NCBI GenBank assembly: GCA_052390235.1
Contig: JBQTHB010000006.1
Coordinates: forward strand, 111,680-175,679
Length of the DNA stretch: 64,000 bases
Source: Deltaproteobacteria bacterium
GTDB lineage: Bacteria > Desulfobacterota_D > UBA1144 > Nemesobacterales > CSP1-2
Direction: 5' to 3'
In this document: positions 27,787-36,730 of the stretch, piece after piece
Position numbering within the stretch: the stretch's first letter is position 1
How the letters are laid out: each line of letters opens with the position of its first letter
Program-made: the position numbers and the translations under genes
Notes under the pieces: model-generated
What the model saw: the letters and a program-made list of their open reading frames with translations, nothing else
What the model was told of the DNA's origin: nothing
Databases searched by the model: none

Positions 27787-29370
27787 CTAAAAAATTCTCC
27801 GCACCGTTATTTGATGAGACGCCGTATTGCCCGATGAATCCGTAGCCACGGCTCTTATCGTGTGCAATCCGATGGACGGATTCCAAGTGGTCGCGTAAGG
27901 GGCTGAGGCATCTGTTGCAAGCAATTTGCCGTTGACAGAGAACTCAACCCTAGCCACAGAGATGTTATCCGAAGCTGCTGCGGAAATGGTCTTGGCTCTG
28001 CCGCCGGTAAAACTCGAACCCCCAGCGGGCTGAGTTATCGTTACCGCGGGAGGGGTCAGGTCCACAACAGGCTCTGGGGTAGGCGTAGGCGTGGGGTCAG
28101 GGACGCTATCAATGGCATCATCCGAGCCTCCCCCCGCCGCTTCAATCGCGGTGAGGGCGTTGACCCTTCCTGCGCCGAAGAGGGAGTCAAACCCCTGAGA
28201 GCCGATGTCGTCGGCTGTGTCTCGGATGAGCTTGGCGAGGGCGGCATTGGACAGAGAGGGGCTGTGAGACCAGATAAGACCGGCGAGTCCCGCGGTAATA
28301 GGAGCGGAAAAGGACGTTCCGCTTACGGTAATGTAGGAGGAATTTCTCCAAGTGGTTCTAATCGAGACTCCGGGGGCGGCGATGTCAACGAAATTTCCGA
28401 ATGTCGAGAAAGAGGCGAGACCATCCCCCGAATCCGTCGCCGAGACTGCAAGCACGTTCGCCCTTGCCGCAGGGCAGTGAACAGAGTTATCTCCGCTATT
28501 TCCCGCCGCCGCAATGATTAGCGCTCCGCTTGCCCATGCGTCATTTAAGGCGTTCTGCTCGCTCGAAGAGCTGCTGCACGAGCCGCCAAGACTCAGATTT
28601 ATTATCACCCGCTTGCTGGGATTGGCCCGGGCGTAATCCGCCACATAGCTTATCCCCTCAATAATATCAAAGAGCGTCCCAGAGCCGCCGTCGCTTAAAA
28701 CCTTTACCGGAAGCACAGAGCATCCCCAGCAGACCCCTGCGACTCCTATCGAGTTATTGGTCTTTGCGGCGGCAGAGCCGGCTACGCCCGTTCCATGACC
28801 ATTCGCATCGCTGGTGTTTGTGTTTGAAGATGAGCCTACGAAATTTCTCCCCGTAAGCCCCTTACCGCTTAGGTCGGGATGATTCGACTGCACTCCAGTA
28901 TCCAGAACGGCGATGACAACCGAGGGATTGCCGGTTTCGATATTCCACGCCTGCGTAGCTTGAATTCTCGCATGATGGTACTGAGCGCCAAAATTCGGGT
29001 CATTCGGGGTCAAGAGAGCCTCGCGCAGATAATTTCTCTCCACAAATTCCACGTTTGGACTGCGCCCAAGCCTCTCCTCCAGAGCGTCGAGAAGAAGCCC
29101 GTTTGGAATTTGAACCAAAATGAGGTTATACCTAGCAACTGCCCCCAAGAGCGAGAGCCGGTTTTGCAGGAGCATAGCGCGCAAATCCGATTCGCCAGTG
29201 CGGGGTTTTAATTTAATAATTAGCTGCCCCTCAGCAAAATCCCTTTCGGCAGACGAGCTAGGAGAGACGAAACCGGTAACGACAAGCGCGGTAATAAATA
29301 AAAAGAGAGCAGATTTCCTCAATTGACTAAACCTCCCAAAATTAAGGGTATCAAAGGGGGTTATCCCCAC
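27787..29370 (-). CDS. Secreted S8 (subtilisin-like) serine peptidase with C-terminal Ig-like domain
   Basis: Catalytic triad motifs VAVLDTGV, HGTGVAG, SGTSFSAP; N-terminal signal and propeptide-like region; C-terminal VEFSVNGKLLATD...HTIRAVATDSSGN. Confidence 0.9.
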   Translation of the reverse strand: MGITPFDTLNFGRFSQLRKSALFLFITALVVTGFVSPSSSAERDFAEGQLIIKLKPRTGESDLRAMLLQNRLSLLGAVARYNLILVQIPNGLLLDALEERLGRSPNVEFVERNYLREALLTPNDPNFGAQYHHARIQATQAWNIETGNPSVVIAVLDTGVQSNHPDLSGKGLTGRNFVGSSSNTNTSDANGHGTGVAGSAAAKTNNSIGVAGVCWGCSVLPVKVLSDGGSGTLFDIIEGISYVADYARANPSKRVIINLSLGGSCSSSSSEQNALNDAWASGALIIAAAGNSGDNSVHCPAARANVLAVSATDSGDGLASFSTFGNFVDIAAPGVSIRTTWRNSSYITVSGTSFSAPITAGLAGLIWSHSPSLSNAALAKLIRDTADDIGSQGFDSLFGAGRVNALTAIEAAGGGSDDAIDSVPDPTPTPTPEPVVDLTPPAVTITQPAGGSSFTGGRAKTISAAASDNISVARVEFSVNGKLLATDASAPYATTWNPSIGLHTIRAVATDSSGNTASHQITVRRIF

Positions 29371-29534
29371 CCCACCTTGTGTACTGCGCCCCCCTCGGAA
29401 GATACGGACTACAACCTAAATATTACGAATGTAGGGGCAGTTTGCAAGCCTGAATTTATTGGGGGGGGCAGAGACGCAATTATTAGCAGAGCGGGGGAAA
29501 TTTTTATGAAGCCGCCTGCCGCTGTAGAGGCAAT

Positions 29535-31055
29535 TTATAAATTTAGCTCTGCGAGTTGGCATCCTTGCTCGGAAATCGAGATAATCCTGCCATCGCCGAT
29601 GAAGACGGAGGTGAAATTGCACACCGCCCCGCTAGTCCACTCCACGGCGATGTTTACCTGCGTGAGAGAGCCTATGCCGAAATGGAGCGGGAGCATATCC
29701 TGCTCGCAGCACCCCTTCCCGCCCGACACTGACCGTATCTGGCTTCCGGCAGACGTGGTAATTTGAACCCTTGAGCCGATGGCAGATGCGTTTGTGGCAT
29801 CGCCGTCGCCAACCAATTTCACGATGACGTAGTTATTGGAGTTGCCGCCGTTATCGGCAAGCGCCTCGCCTAAATGCCCGTTTAGGAATGCGTCCATGAA
29901 TCCGTCGTTGTTGTAATCCCCCCAAGGCGCGGCGAAGACATCCATCGGGGAGTCAATATCGGCTTCGGGGGCAACGTCTTCAAATTCGCCTCCGCCGAGG
30001 TTTCTAAAGAGCCTCGATGGGTTTAAGTGGTTCGTCGTAAAGAGGTCAACCCTTCCATCGGCATCAAAATCCACCCAAGCGCAGGTTCTGCCGTCGCCTA
30101 CGTCGGCGGTGCCGGTCTGAGCGGTAACGTCGGTGAAAGCGCCGTCGCCGTCGTTTCTATAAAGGGCGTTTCTCACGGGAGTGTTGTCGAATATATTTAC
30201 GACGTAGAGGTCAAGCAAGCCATCTGCGTTATAATCTCCGACGCATGAGGCAACTGAGTTCCAGCCGGAATCCCCGCCCAAGCCGGATGTTGCCGTAGCG
30301 TTGGTAAACGTGCCGTCGCCATCGCCGAGGTAAAACACGTTAATACCGTTGTTTGCCAAGAACAGGTCCTCAGAGCCGTCATTGTCGGCATCGAACCAAA
30401 TGGCGGCGTTGGATTGGAAGGACTGCCCAATACCGCTCAATGCGGATACCTCATCAAAGGTCTCGTTCCCGTTGTTTAGATATAGAAGCGACTCGCCCAA
30501 GTTGGATTGGAAGAGGTCAAGCAAACCATCGCCGTCGAAGTCAACCCAAAGGGTGTGGCTCACGATACCGAACTCCGTCAGCCCAGCCTCGTCGGATATT
30601 TCATCGAAAACGCCGCCTCCCATGTTTCTATAGAGCATCAGAGAGTTTTCAGCCAGAGTCGTGCCGATGATTAAATCGAGAAGCCCGTCGTTGTTGAAAT
30701 CCCCCCAAGAGGCGCTTCTAAGGGGCATATCGGCGATGCCTGATGCGGCGGTTACGTCGGTGAAAGCCCCGCTACAATTATTCCTGAATAGAAACACGTT
30801 TACGGAGGAAGAAGAGTCGGCATTGCCTACGATTAAATCCTGGCAGTTGTCATTATTAAAATCCCCCCAAGAGGCGGTCTGGCCAAGTATCCCGACGTCG
30901 CCTATCATTGCGCCGGGTATGACGTTCGTGAACGAGGGAATCTCGACTGAGCCGCCACCGTCCCCATCGCCGTCTGGATTGCTGAATTCAATATCCACGC
31001 ATGAAGCGAGCAGGAGAAATGTCAATAAAATGAAAAAATGGCGCGCCGATGTCAA
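29535..31055 (-). CDS. FG-GAP/VCBS-repeat lipoprotein with ASPIC/UnbV-like C-terminus (CRTAC1 family)
   Basis: Lipobox LLLASC. Repeated WGDFNNDxxxDL / VDFDGDGLLDL / FDADNDGSEDL blades. C-terminal GSRVQITTSAGSQIRSVSGGKGCCEQDMLPLHFGIG. Confidence 0.8.
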   Translation of the reverse strand: MTSARHFFILLTFLLLASCVDIEFSNPDGDGDGGGSVEIPSFTNVIPGAMIGDVGILGQTASWGDFNNDNCQDLIVGNADSSSSVNVFLFRNNCSGAFTDVTAASGIADMPLRSASWGDFNNDGLLDLIIGTTLAENSLMLYRNMGGGVFDEISDEAGLTEFGIVSHTLWVDFDGDGLLDLFQSNLGESLLYLNNGNETFDEVSALSGIGQSFQSNAAIWFDADNDGSEDLFLANNGINVFYLGDGDGTFTNATATSGLGGDSGWNSVASCVGDYNADGLLDLYVVNIFDNTPVRNALYRNDGDGAFTDVTAQTGTADVGDGRTCAWVDFDADGRVDLFTTNHLNPSRLFRNLGGGEFEDVAPEADIDSPMDVFAAPWGDYNNDGFMDAFLNGHLGEALADNGGNSNNYVIVKLVGDGDATNASAIGSRVQITTSAGSQIRSVSGGKGCCEQDMLPLHFGIGSLTQVNIAVEWTSGAVCNFTSVFIGDGRIISISEQGCQLAELNL

Positions 31056-31060
31056 TTTGG

Positions 31061-32716
31061 TTAACCCTTTTTTAGATTTTTTACGAGTAAATCCGCCGCC
31101 CTGAGACTCAGCGCCTCTATCGTGAGCGAGGGGGCGTCGCCGCCGCCGGAGGACGGGAAAACGCTTGCGTCCGTTACGAAGAGGTTGGCTATCTCGTGGC
31201 TTCTGAGGTCTTGTCCGACGACGGATTTCGCTGGGTCTTTGCCCATGCGGCAGGTGCCGAACACGTGGGTCGGGGCAAAGAAATCGTAGGTCGAGAACTC
31301 CTCGACTATCTCCCCCGCGCCAGAGGCTTTGAGAATTTCTTTGGAGGTTTTCGCCATGAAATCGAGCAGTTTAATCTCGGACTCCGCGTTAAAAGACTGA
31401 ATCTTGGCAAGGGGCGCGCCAAACTCGTCTTTTTCCTTGTCGCTGACCGTAACGAATGTGTCTTTATTTGGCAGAAATTCGGCTATTCCCCCGATGGCTA
31501 CGGCATGACCGAACCACTTATTTATATCGGCGACAAATTCATCCCCCCAGCCTTTGGAGTAGCGAAGGGCGTAATTAAGCGGCCCCGTCGCGCTTCCAAC
31601 CGTGGGGAAGAGCCTGAGTCCGCCTTTTAAGCCCGATTTTTTATCCTTCGGCTCGTTCCACTTCCACACCACGCTGTCAATTGGGATTCCCCTGTAGGAG
31701 TCAACCCTCTCAGGGTGAAAAGCCACGGCCTGATAGAAAACCGTCTCCATAAAATTGCGCCCAACCGCTCCTTCGCCCTTTATGCCGGAGTTCAGAAGCA
31801 GCCTTGGGGTCTCAATGGCTCCGCAGGCGACGGCTATAAAATCGGCTTCGGCAAAGCTCTCTTTCCCGCTTTTATCAAAATAGTAAACCCCGCGGGCTTT
31901 TTGCCCCGTCGGTTTTTTTTCTACCTCGATTCTCCTGGCAAAAGCCCCTGTCAGAATCTCGCACTTGCCGGTTTTCTCCAGAAGCGGGATAAACGTAACG
32001 TCAACGCTCCCTTTGTCCTTTCTCGGACACCCCCAGGTGCATCCATTACAGTAGTTGCAGGGGGGGGTACCGCGATAAGGGGCAGACAGAATAGCCACTG
32101 TATTCGGGGTGAGAGACAGTCCGAGCTTTTTGCATCCCCTTTGAATCACCTGACTGGCGTAGCTGAGCTTATGAGCCGGAAGCGGATAGGGAGCGGCGCG
32201 TGGGCGATTTGGAAGCGCGCCTTCGGGTCCCGCCACGCCTAGTATTTTCTCAACCTCGGTGTAATAAGGCTCAAGGTCTCCGTAGCCGATGGGCCAATCC
32301 TCGGCGACGCCAAAGAGGGATTTCATGCGGAATGCGCTTTGGCTCAGGCGATGAGCCTCGCCTTGGAAGTGGAGAGTGGCGCCTCCCAAGCCGGATACGT
32401 GCTGATAGGCGGCGTATTTTCTGGTCTTTTGGTTGTTAAATTTACCCGAAGCCTTGTTCCAAGATTTTAGATGCTCGAATTTATCGTCGAGCGGCTGAGC
32501 CTCGCCATAGACTTGGCGAATGGAACTGGAATGGGGAAATGTCTTTAGCTCCCAGTCGTTTTGAGAGAGCGGATAATCCCTATAGGGGTCAAAGCGGCCT
32601 CCCGCTTCGAGAAGGAGAACGTCCATGCCCCGGGATGCGAGCCTCCATGCGAAGGGGGCGCCCCCGGGTCCCGAGCCTATAACTACGCAGTCATATTTCT
32701 TTTTTTTCTGAGCCAT
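31061..32716 (-). CDS. GMC-family FAD-dependent oxidoreductase (no signal peptide)
   Basis: YDCVVIGSGPGGAPFAWRLASRGMDVLLLEAG Rossmann motif and a C-terminal HVFGTCRMG...LFVTDASVFPSSGG GMC signature. Confidence 0.85.
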   Translation of the reverse strand: MAQKKKKYDCVVIGSGPGGAPFAWRLASRGMDVLLLEAGGRFDPYRDYPLSQNDWELKTFPHSSSIRQVYGEAQPLDDKFEHLKSWNKASGKFNNQKTRKYAAYQHVSGLGGATLHFQGEAHRLSQSAFRMKSLFGVAEDWPIGYGDLEPYYTEVEKILGVAGPEGALPNRPRAAPYPLPAHKLSYASQVIQRGCKKLGLSLTPNTVAILSAPYRGTPPCNYCNGCTWGCPRKDKGSVDVTFIPLLEKTGKCEILTGAFARRIEVEKKPTGQKARGVYYFDKSGKESFAEADFIAVACGAIETPRLLLNSGIKGEGAVGRNFMETVFYQAVAFHPERVDSYRGIPIDSVVWKWNEPKDKKSGLKGGLRLFPTVGSATGPLNYALRYSKGWGDEFVADINKWFGHAVAIGGIAEFLPNKDTFVTVSDKEKDEFGAPLAKIQSFNAESEIKLLDFMAKTSKEILKASGAGEIVEEFSTYDFFAPTHVFGTCRMGKDPAKSVVGQDLRSHEIANLFVTDASVFPSSGGGDAPSLTIEALSLRAADLLVKNLKKG

Positions 32717-32963
32717 TTTTGAACCGTCGTAATATAATGGAACTATTATACAGTGTCAATTTCGTGGTTTCTCGCCTTTTTTGCTATCGGCTACTTAAAA
32801 TTACAAATGCGCTTTCTTAAGATGCCACCGCTTTTGCCGCTCATGGTGAGATACTAGCTCGGAGTCGGAAGCGGGATGGGGGCAACTTTAAATTTCTTGA
32901 ATTCGCCGAATTACTCAGTTACATTTTTGCCAGCTAACGATATTTTTCGGAGGAATTAACATT

Positions 32964-33743
32964 ATGAAGAAATTCTTATCGCTCCTTTTGGTCTCCCTAG
33001 TAGTTTTTTCGGGATGCCAGAGCGCAAAAAAAAGTGAAGAAGCCGCAGTTGAGAACGGGTCTGAAAAGAAGGAGATTAACCAGAAGGTAGTAGCCCGGGT
33101 AAATGGACGCCCAATTTACGAGAATTCAGTCAGAGGCAAGGGGTTTGATGAAGTCATAACCGATGAGATTTTATATGAAGTGGGGCTGAAAAGAGGCGTG
33201 GATAAAGAGATTCAAGAGGAGGTAGAAGAATACCAAAAGAGGCTGATACTCGCTAAAATCAAAAGACCCCTTATTCTCGGAACTCCCAAAGACAAAACCA
33301 TAACCGATGAAGAAATTGACAAATACTACAAGGACAATGAAGCCAAATATACCATCGTCAATCTAAAGGAAGTAAGCACGAGAGATAAAGCCGCCGCCGA
33401 GCAGATACACAGGAAAGCGCTTGAAGGAGGGGATTTGGAGCAAATCGCCTCTGAAGCCGGCGCTCAGGTGAAGGATCTGAGATATAACAGAAAGCACTCG
33501 CATTTATTCGTCGGCAAACCCGACGGCGCGATAAGCGAGGTCATAGCCGAGAGGAGCGAGTTCAAAGTGCTAAAACTAGTGGAAACAAAAAAAATTGAAC
33601 CCGAAAAGGCGAGGCAGTCCATAGTATATGCAATTATGGCGCTCAAGAGGGACGAAGCCGTCAATCAAAAGGCTCAGGAACTAATGAAAGAAAACAACAT
33701 TACAGTCGAAATCCTAGAACGACCAAAAGATGAAACCAACTAG
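32964..33743 (+). CDS. SurA/PpiD-like periplasmic chaperone-type lipoprotein (tentative)
   Basis: Lipobox VVFSGC. VARVNGRPIYE...EEIDKYYKDNEAKY resembles SurA-N/PrsA-type proteins. No clear parvulin catalytic motif seen. AT-rich gene. Confidence 0.4.
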   Translation: MKKFLSLLLVSLVVFSGCQSAKKSEEAAVENGSEKKEINQKVVARVNGRPIYENSVRGKGFDEVITDEILYEVGLKRGVDKEIQEEVEEYQKRLILAKIKRPLILGTPKDKTITDEEIDKYYKDNEAKYTIVNLKEVSTRDKAAAEQIHRKALEGGDLEQIASEAGAQVKDLRYNRKHSHLFVGKPDGAISEVIAERSEFKVLKLVETKKIEPEKARQSIVYAIMALKRDEAVNQKAQELMKENNITVEILERPKDETN

Positions 33744-34275
33744 AAGAAACTTCATAAAAACCGTAGCCTACGGCATTGCGGCGACCGAAATCGCCGTGAG
33801 CCTTCCGGTTAGCGTCTTCGCCAAGCCCGCCGCCTACGACAACGGAATCGAGATTGAAAAGGGGTTCCGGGTCCTTAACGCGGATACGCAGAAAACCATG
33901 GAAGCCCTTGCCGACGCCATTGTGCCGGGGGCGAAGAAAACGGGCATACACCCGCTTCTTATGGGCTACTTCTCGAAAGACCCGGGCTTTTCGCTAGCCG
34001 GATTCGTTGACGCCGGTCTTTGGAATTTGGATACCGTATCGAAGACGTATTTTAAAACCCCTTTCTACGACCTCGTCAAAAGAGAAGATAGGAAACAGGC
34101 GGTCGAACACATCATCAAAGGGAACACGGTGTTTTTCCTCAACTTCAGGGAAATCGTCGTAAAACTCCACTACACCAACCCTTTGGTGTGGAAAACCCTA
34201 TCCTTCTCAGGGCCGCCTCAGCCCCAGGGATATATGGACTACGCCTCGCCCCCAGCGAAACGGCCGAAAAAGTAG
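33730..34275 (+). CDS. Gluconate 2-dehydrogenase subunit 3-like protein with twin-arginine signal
   Basis: MKPTRRNFIKTVAYGIAATEIAVSLPVSVFA (Tat motif RRNFIK). ALADAIVPGAKKTGIH resembles the conserved start of the small subunits that partner GMC dehydrogenases. Confidence 0.55.
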   Translation: MKPTRRNFIKTVAYGIAATEIAVSLPVSVFAKPAAYDNGIEIEKGFRVLNADTQKTMEALADAIVPGAKKTGIHPLLMGYFSKDPGFSLAGFVDAGLWNLDTVSKTYFKTPFYDLVKREDRKQAVEHIIKGNTVFFLNFREIVVKLHYTNPLVWKTLSFSGPPQPQGYMDYASPPAKRPKK

Positions 34276-34422
34276 CTCCGAGGATACTAGTTTCAGCCTG
34301 TCTTTATCGCGTCCTCCGCGAGGCGTCTTTTTTTTCGCTCCCTGAATCCGATAATTTTCCCTGAATCTATTTTTCGTTGCAATCATCAATAGATAGAAGT
34401 CAATTTGACGGAGGCAGAGGCG

Positions 34423-35850
34423 ATGAGCGATTACGACATAGCTGTAATTGGCGGCGGAGCGGCGGGACTAACCGTGGCAAGCGGCGCGGTAAAATTCGGA
34501 CTGCGAGTAGCCCTTATCGAAAAAGAGAAGCTCGGCGGGGACTGCCTATACTACGGATGCGTGCCTAGCAAAACCCTAATTCACTCCGCCAAAGTAGCCT
34601 CTCTCATCAGGCGCGCCAAAGAGTTCGGGTTGGACGAGACGCCCCTTTCCTTCAACTTTGCAAACGTCATGAGCCACGTCCACGAGGTAATCCAAAAAAT
34701 TGGGGTCAACGACGACCCGGAGAGATTCAGAAAAATGGGCGTGGACGTCATATCCGGCGACCCGAAATTCATATCCTCCAAGGAAATAGAGATTAATGGA
34801 CGGAGGATAAAAAGCAGGAAATTCGTGATTTCAACCGGCTCAAGGTCTTTTACGCCCCCGATAGAAGGGCTGAAGGAGACGGGGTTTTTATCAAACGTCG
34901 AGCTGTTTCATACGACAACACTCCCGAAATCCCTCGCCGTAATAGGGGCGGGACCTATTGGTCTTGAGATGGCTCAGGCATTTGCAAGATTCGGCTCACA
35001 GGTAACCGTAGTGGAGCTTCTGGGCCGCATCCTGGCAGTTGAGGACGAAGACATAGCCACTGAACTCGAAGCGCATCTCGCCAAAGATGGGGTGAAATTC
35101 CTCACCTCGGCTAGGGCGAAGAGAGTCTATTCCGAGAACGGGCAAAAGGTCGTCGTCTGCGAGAGGGGGGGAGAGGAAATCTTCATTAGAAGCGATGAAA
35201 TACTGGTTGCCGTGGGGAGAATTCCTAATGTCGAGGGGCTGAATCTCGAAGCCGCCGGAGTCGAATACAACCGCAAGGGAATCGTCGTGAGCGAAACACT
35301 ACAGACAACGGCGAAAAACATCTGGGCTTGCGGAGACGTTGCGGGACCCTATCTGTTCACGCACATGGCTGAGAATCAGGCAGGAGTGGTCGTGAGAAAC
35401 GCCGTGCTTGGACTCCCCACAAAAGTAGATTACTCCCTAGTTCCTTGGACGACTTTCACCGACCCTGAGGTCGCCCACGCGGGCATGAGTGAAACTGAGG
35501 CAAAGAAAAAGGGAATCAAGTACGAGGTCTATAAACGCCACTATGGGGATGTTGACAGGGCAGTTACGGAGGTCGAGGGAAACGGCTTCGTGAAAATTCT
35601 CACCACCGGCTGGAAAGGAAAAATTATCGGAGCGCAGATAATAGGCCCAAACGCTGGGGAACTCCTGCCGGAGCTTGCTCTGGCAATACGCAAGGGATTC
35701 ACGGTAAAAGAGATTTCATCCACGATTCACCCGTATCCAACGCTCGCGCTCGGCACTCGGCAGGCGACGGATATGTACTTCCGCAAGAAATTTGACTCCT
35801 CCCCTTGGCTTCAGAAAGCGCTTAAATTCATGGCTAAGCTGAGGAATTAG
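34423..35850 (+). CDS. Class I pyridine nucleotide-disulfide oxidoreductase (dihydrolipoyl dehydrogenase / mercuric-reductase-like family)
   Basis: YDIAVIGGGAAGL, redox-active GGDCLYYGCVPSK (CxxxxC), second Rossmann VIGAGPIGLEMA, C-terminal IHPYPTL. No HMA domain or C-terminal Cys pair, so not a bona fide MerA. ATG 34423 follows GGAGG. Confidence 0.75.
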   Translation: MSDYDIAVIGGGAAGLTVASGAVKFGLRVALIEKEKLGGDCLYYGCVPSKTLIHSAKVASLIRRAKEFGLDETPLSFNFANVMSHVHEVIQKIGVNDDPERFRKMGVDVISGDPKFISSKEIEINGRRIKSRKFVISTGSRSFTPPIEGLKETGFLSNVELFHTTTLPKSLAVIGAGPIGLEMAQAFARFGSQVTVVELLGRILAVEDEDIATELEAHLAKDGVKFLTSARAKRVYSENGQKVVVCERGGEEIFIRSDEILVAVGRIPNVEGLNLEAAGVEYNRKGIVVSETLQTTAKNIWACGDVAGPYLFTHMAENQAGVVVRNAVLGLPTKVDYSLVPWTTFTDPEVAHAGMSETEAKKKGIKYEVYKRHYGDVDRAVTEVEGNGFVKILTTGWKGKIIGAQIIGPNAGELLPELALAIRKGFTVKEISSTIHPYPTLALGTRQATDMYFRKKFDSSPWLQKALKFMAKLRN

Positions 35851-36022
35851 AGCGGTTAACAGGGGATTCTGACCGATTCACGGCGCTATAAATCCCCCGC
35901 CCCGCACACGGCTCATACGCCGAGCTATTACTTTTGCTATGGGCTACCGGAGAAATGCAAGGGGCAGGAGATAGCTTATAGAACGCGCTCTCCCGCCCTT
36001 CGCAATTGGCAACACCCGCGAG

Positions 36023-36727
36023 CTACTTTTTCACCCAATTGCCGTTAGGAAGCTGAACCTCCCAGCCGGCCCTCGCCTCTTCTCTTCTCACGGCGGCAAA
36101 CTGCTCGCCCGCCTGAGGGATGAGGCTTTCAATATTCTCAGGCGTCGAGTCGAGTTTATTAATTTTCACTATAGCCATAGCCATTCCCCTGATGATGACG
36201 GCTCTATCGGCATTTTCGGCTTTGAGCATCACCGCTTCGTCTGCCGCAAGCGCGCCCCTATCGATGAGAAGCCCTTTATTTCCCTCCCCCGCTTTGCCGG
36301 CTGAGGACAGCGCCCCTATCGCCTCAAGCCGCCCGCTTCTCCTACGGAATGCCTCAAGCACATCGGGCATTTTACGGATTTCTGCTATTATCTGCGCCGA
36401 GATGTTATCCGTAGCCCAAGCGGGAGCGGCTATGTCAATTGAGAATCTCTTTTTGAGTCGGATGATTTTTCTCGATTCAAGCTGAGGCTTATCGGGATAT
36501 TTCAGGGCTTGAGGCTCGGCTTTGGGACTATCCGAAGGGGCTTTGCTCTCAGGCTTGGGGGCTTCTTCGGCGGGAGATTTTAGGAATTCCCCCTCGAGGC
36601 TCTTATAGGCGTCCTTCACCTCTTCGGCGGGGAAGTAGATATTCACCGTTACAATGGCGCATGAGGCGAGATGAAAAAAAGCCGCAAGCGCCGCGAATTG
36701 GAAAGTAATCCTCGCAATTTTTGACAT
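36023..36727 (-). CDS. Lipoprotein with C-terminal YdbL-like (DUF1318) domain
   Basis: Lipobox FHLASC. The C-terminus GKAGEGNKGLL...ENADRAVIIRGMA...GEQFAAV...AGWEVQLPNGNWVKK follows my recollection of YdbL (GxxGE..G.L...R..Y..IA...G.W.KK). Confidence 0.5.
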   Translation of the reverse strand: MSKIARITFQFAALAAFFHLASCAIVTVNIYFPAEEVKDAYKSLEGEFLKSPAEEAPKPESKAPSDSPKAEPQALKYPDKPQLESRKIIRLKKRFSIDIAAPAWATDNISAQIIAEIRKMPDVLEAFRRRSGRLEAIGALSSAGKAGEGNKGLLIDRGALAADEAVMLKAENADRAVIIRGMAMAIVKINKLDSTPENIESLIPQAGEQFAAVRREEARAGWEVQLPNGNWVKK

Positions 36728-36730
36728 AGT

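Noticed and set aside
32060-32067. G8 (C8 on the coding strand) homopolymer inside the GMC oxidoreductase gene, as a possible phase-variation or frameshift site
   Set aside because: The reading frame is intact across it (GTPPCNYC, a conserved-looking region). Similar G/C runs occur sporadically in this GC-rich DNA (805-811, 29461-29468, 59189-59195). It is worth checking only as a sequencing-error hotspot.
34405-35850. Mercuric reductase MerA
   Set aside because: The protein has the CxxxxC flavoprotein disulfide reductase core but lacks an N-terminal HMA (GMTCxxC) domain and the C-terminal Cys-Cys pair. No merR, merT or merP is nearby. It is kept as a generic class I disulfide oxidoreductase.
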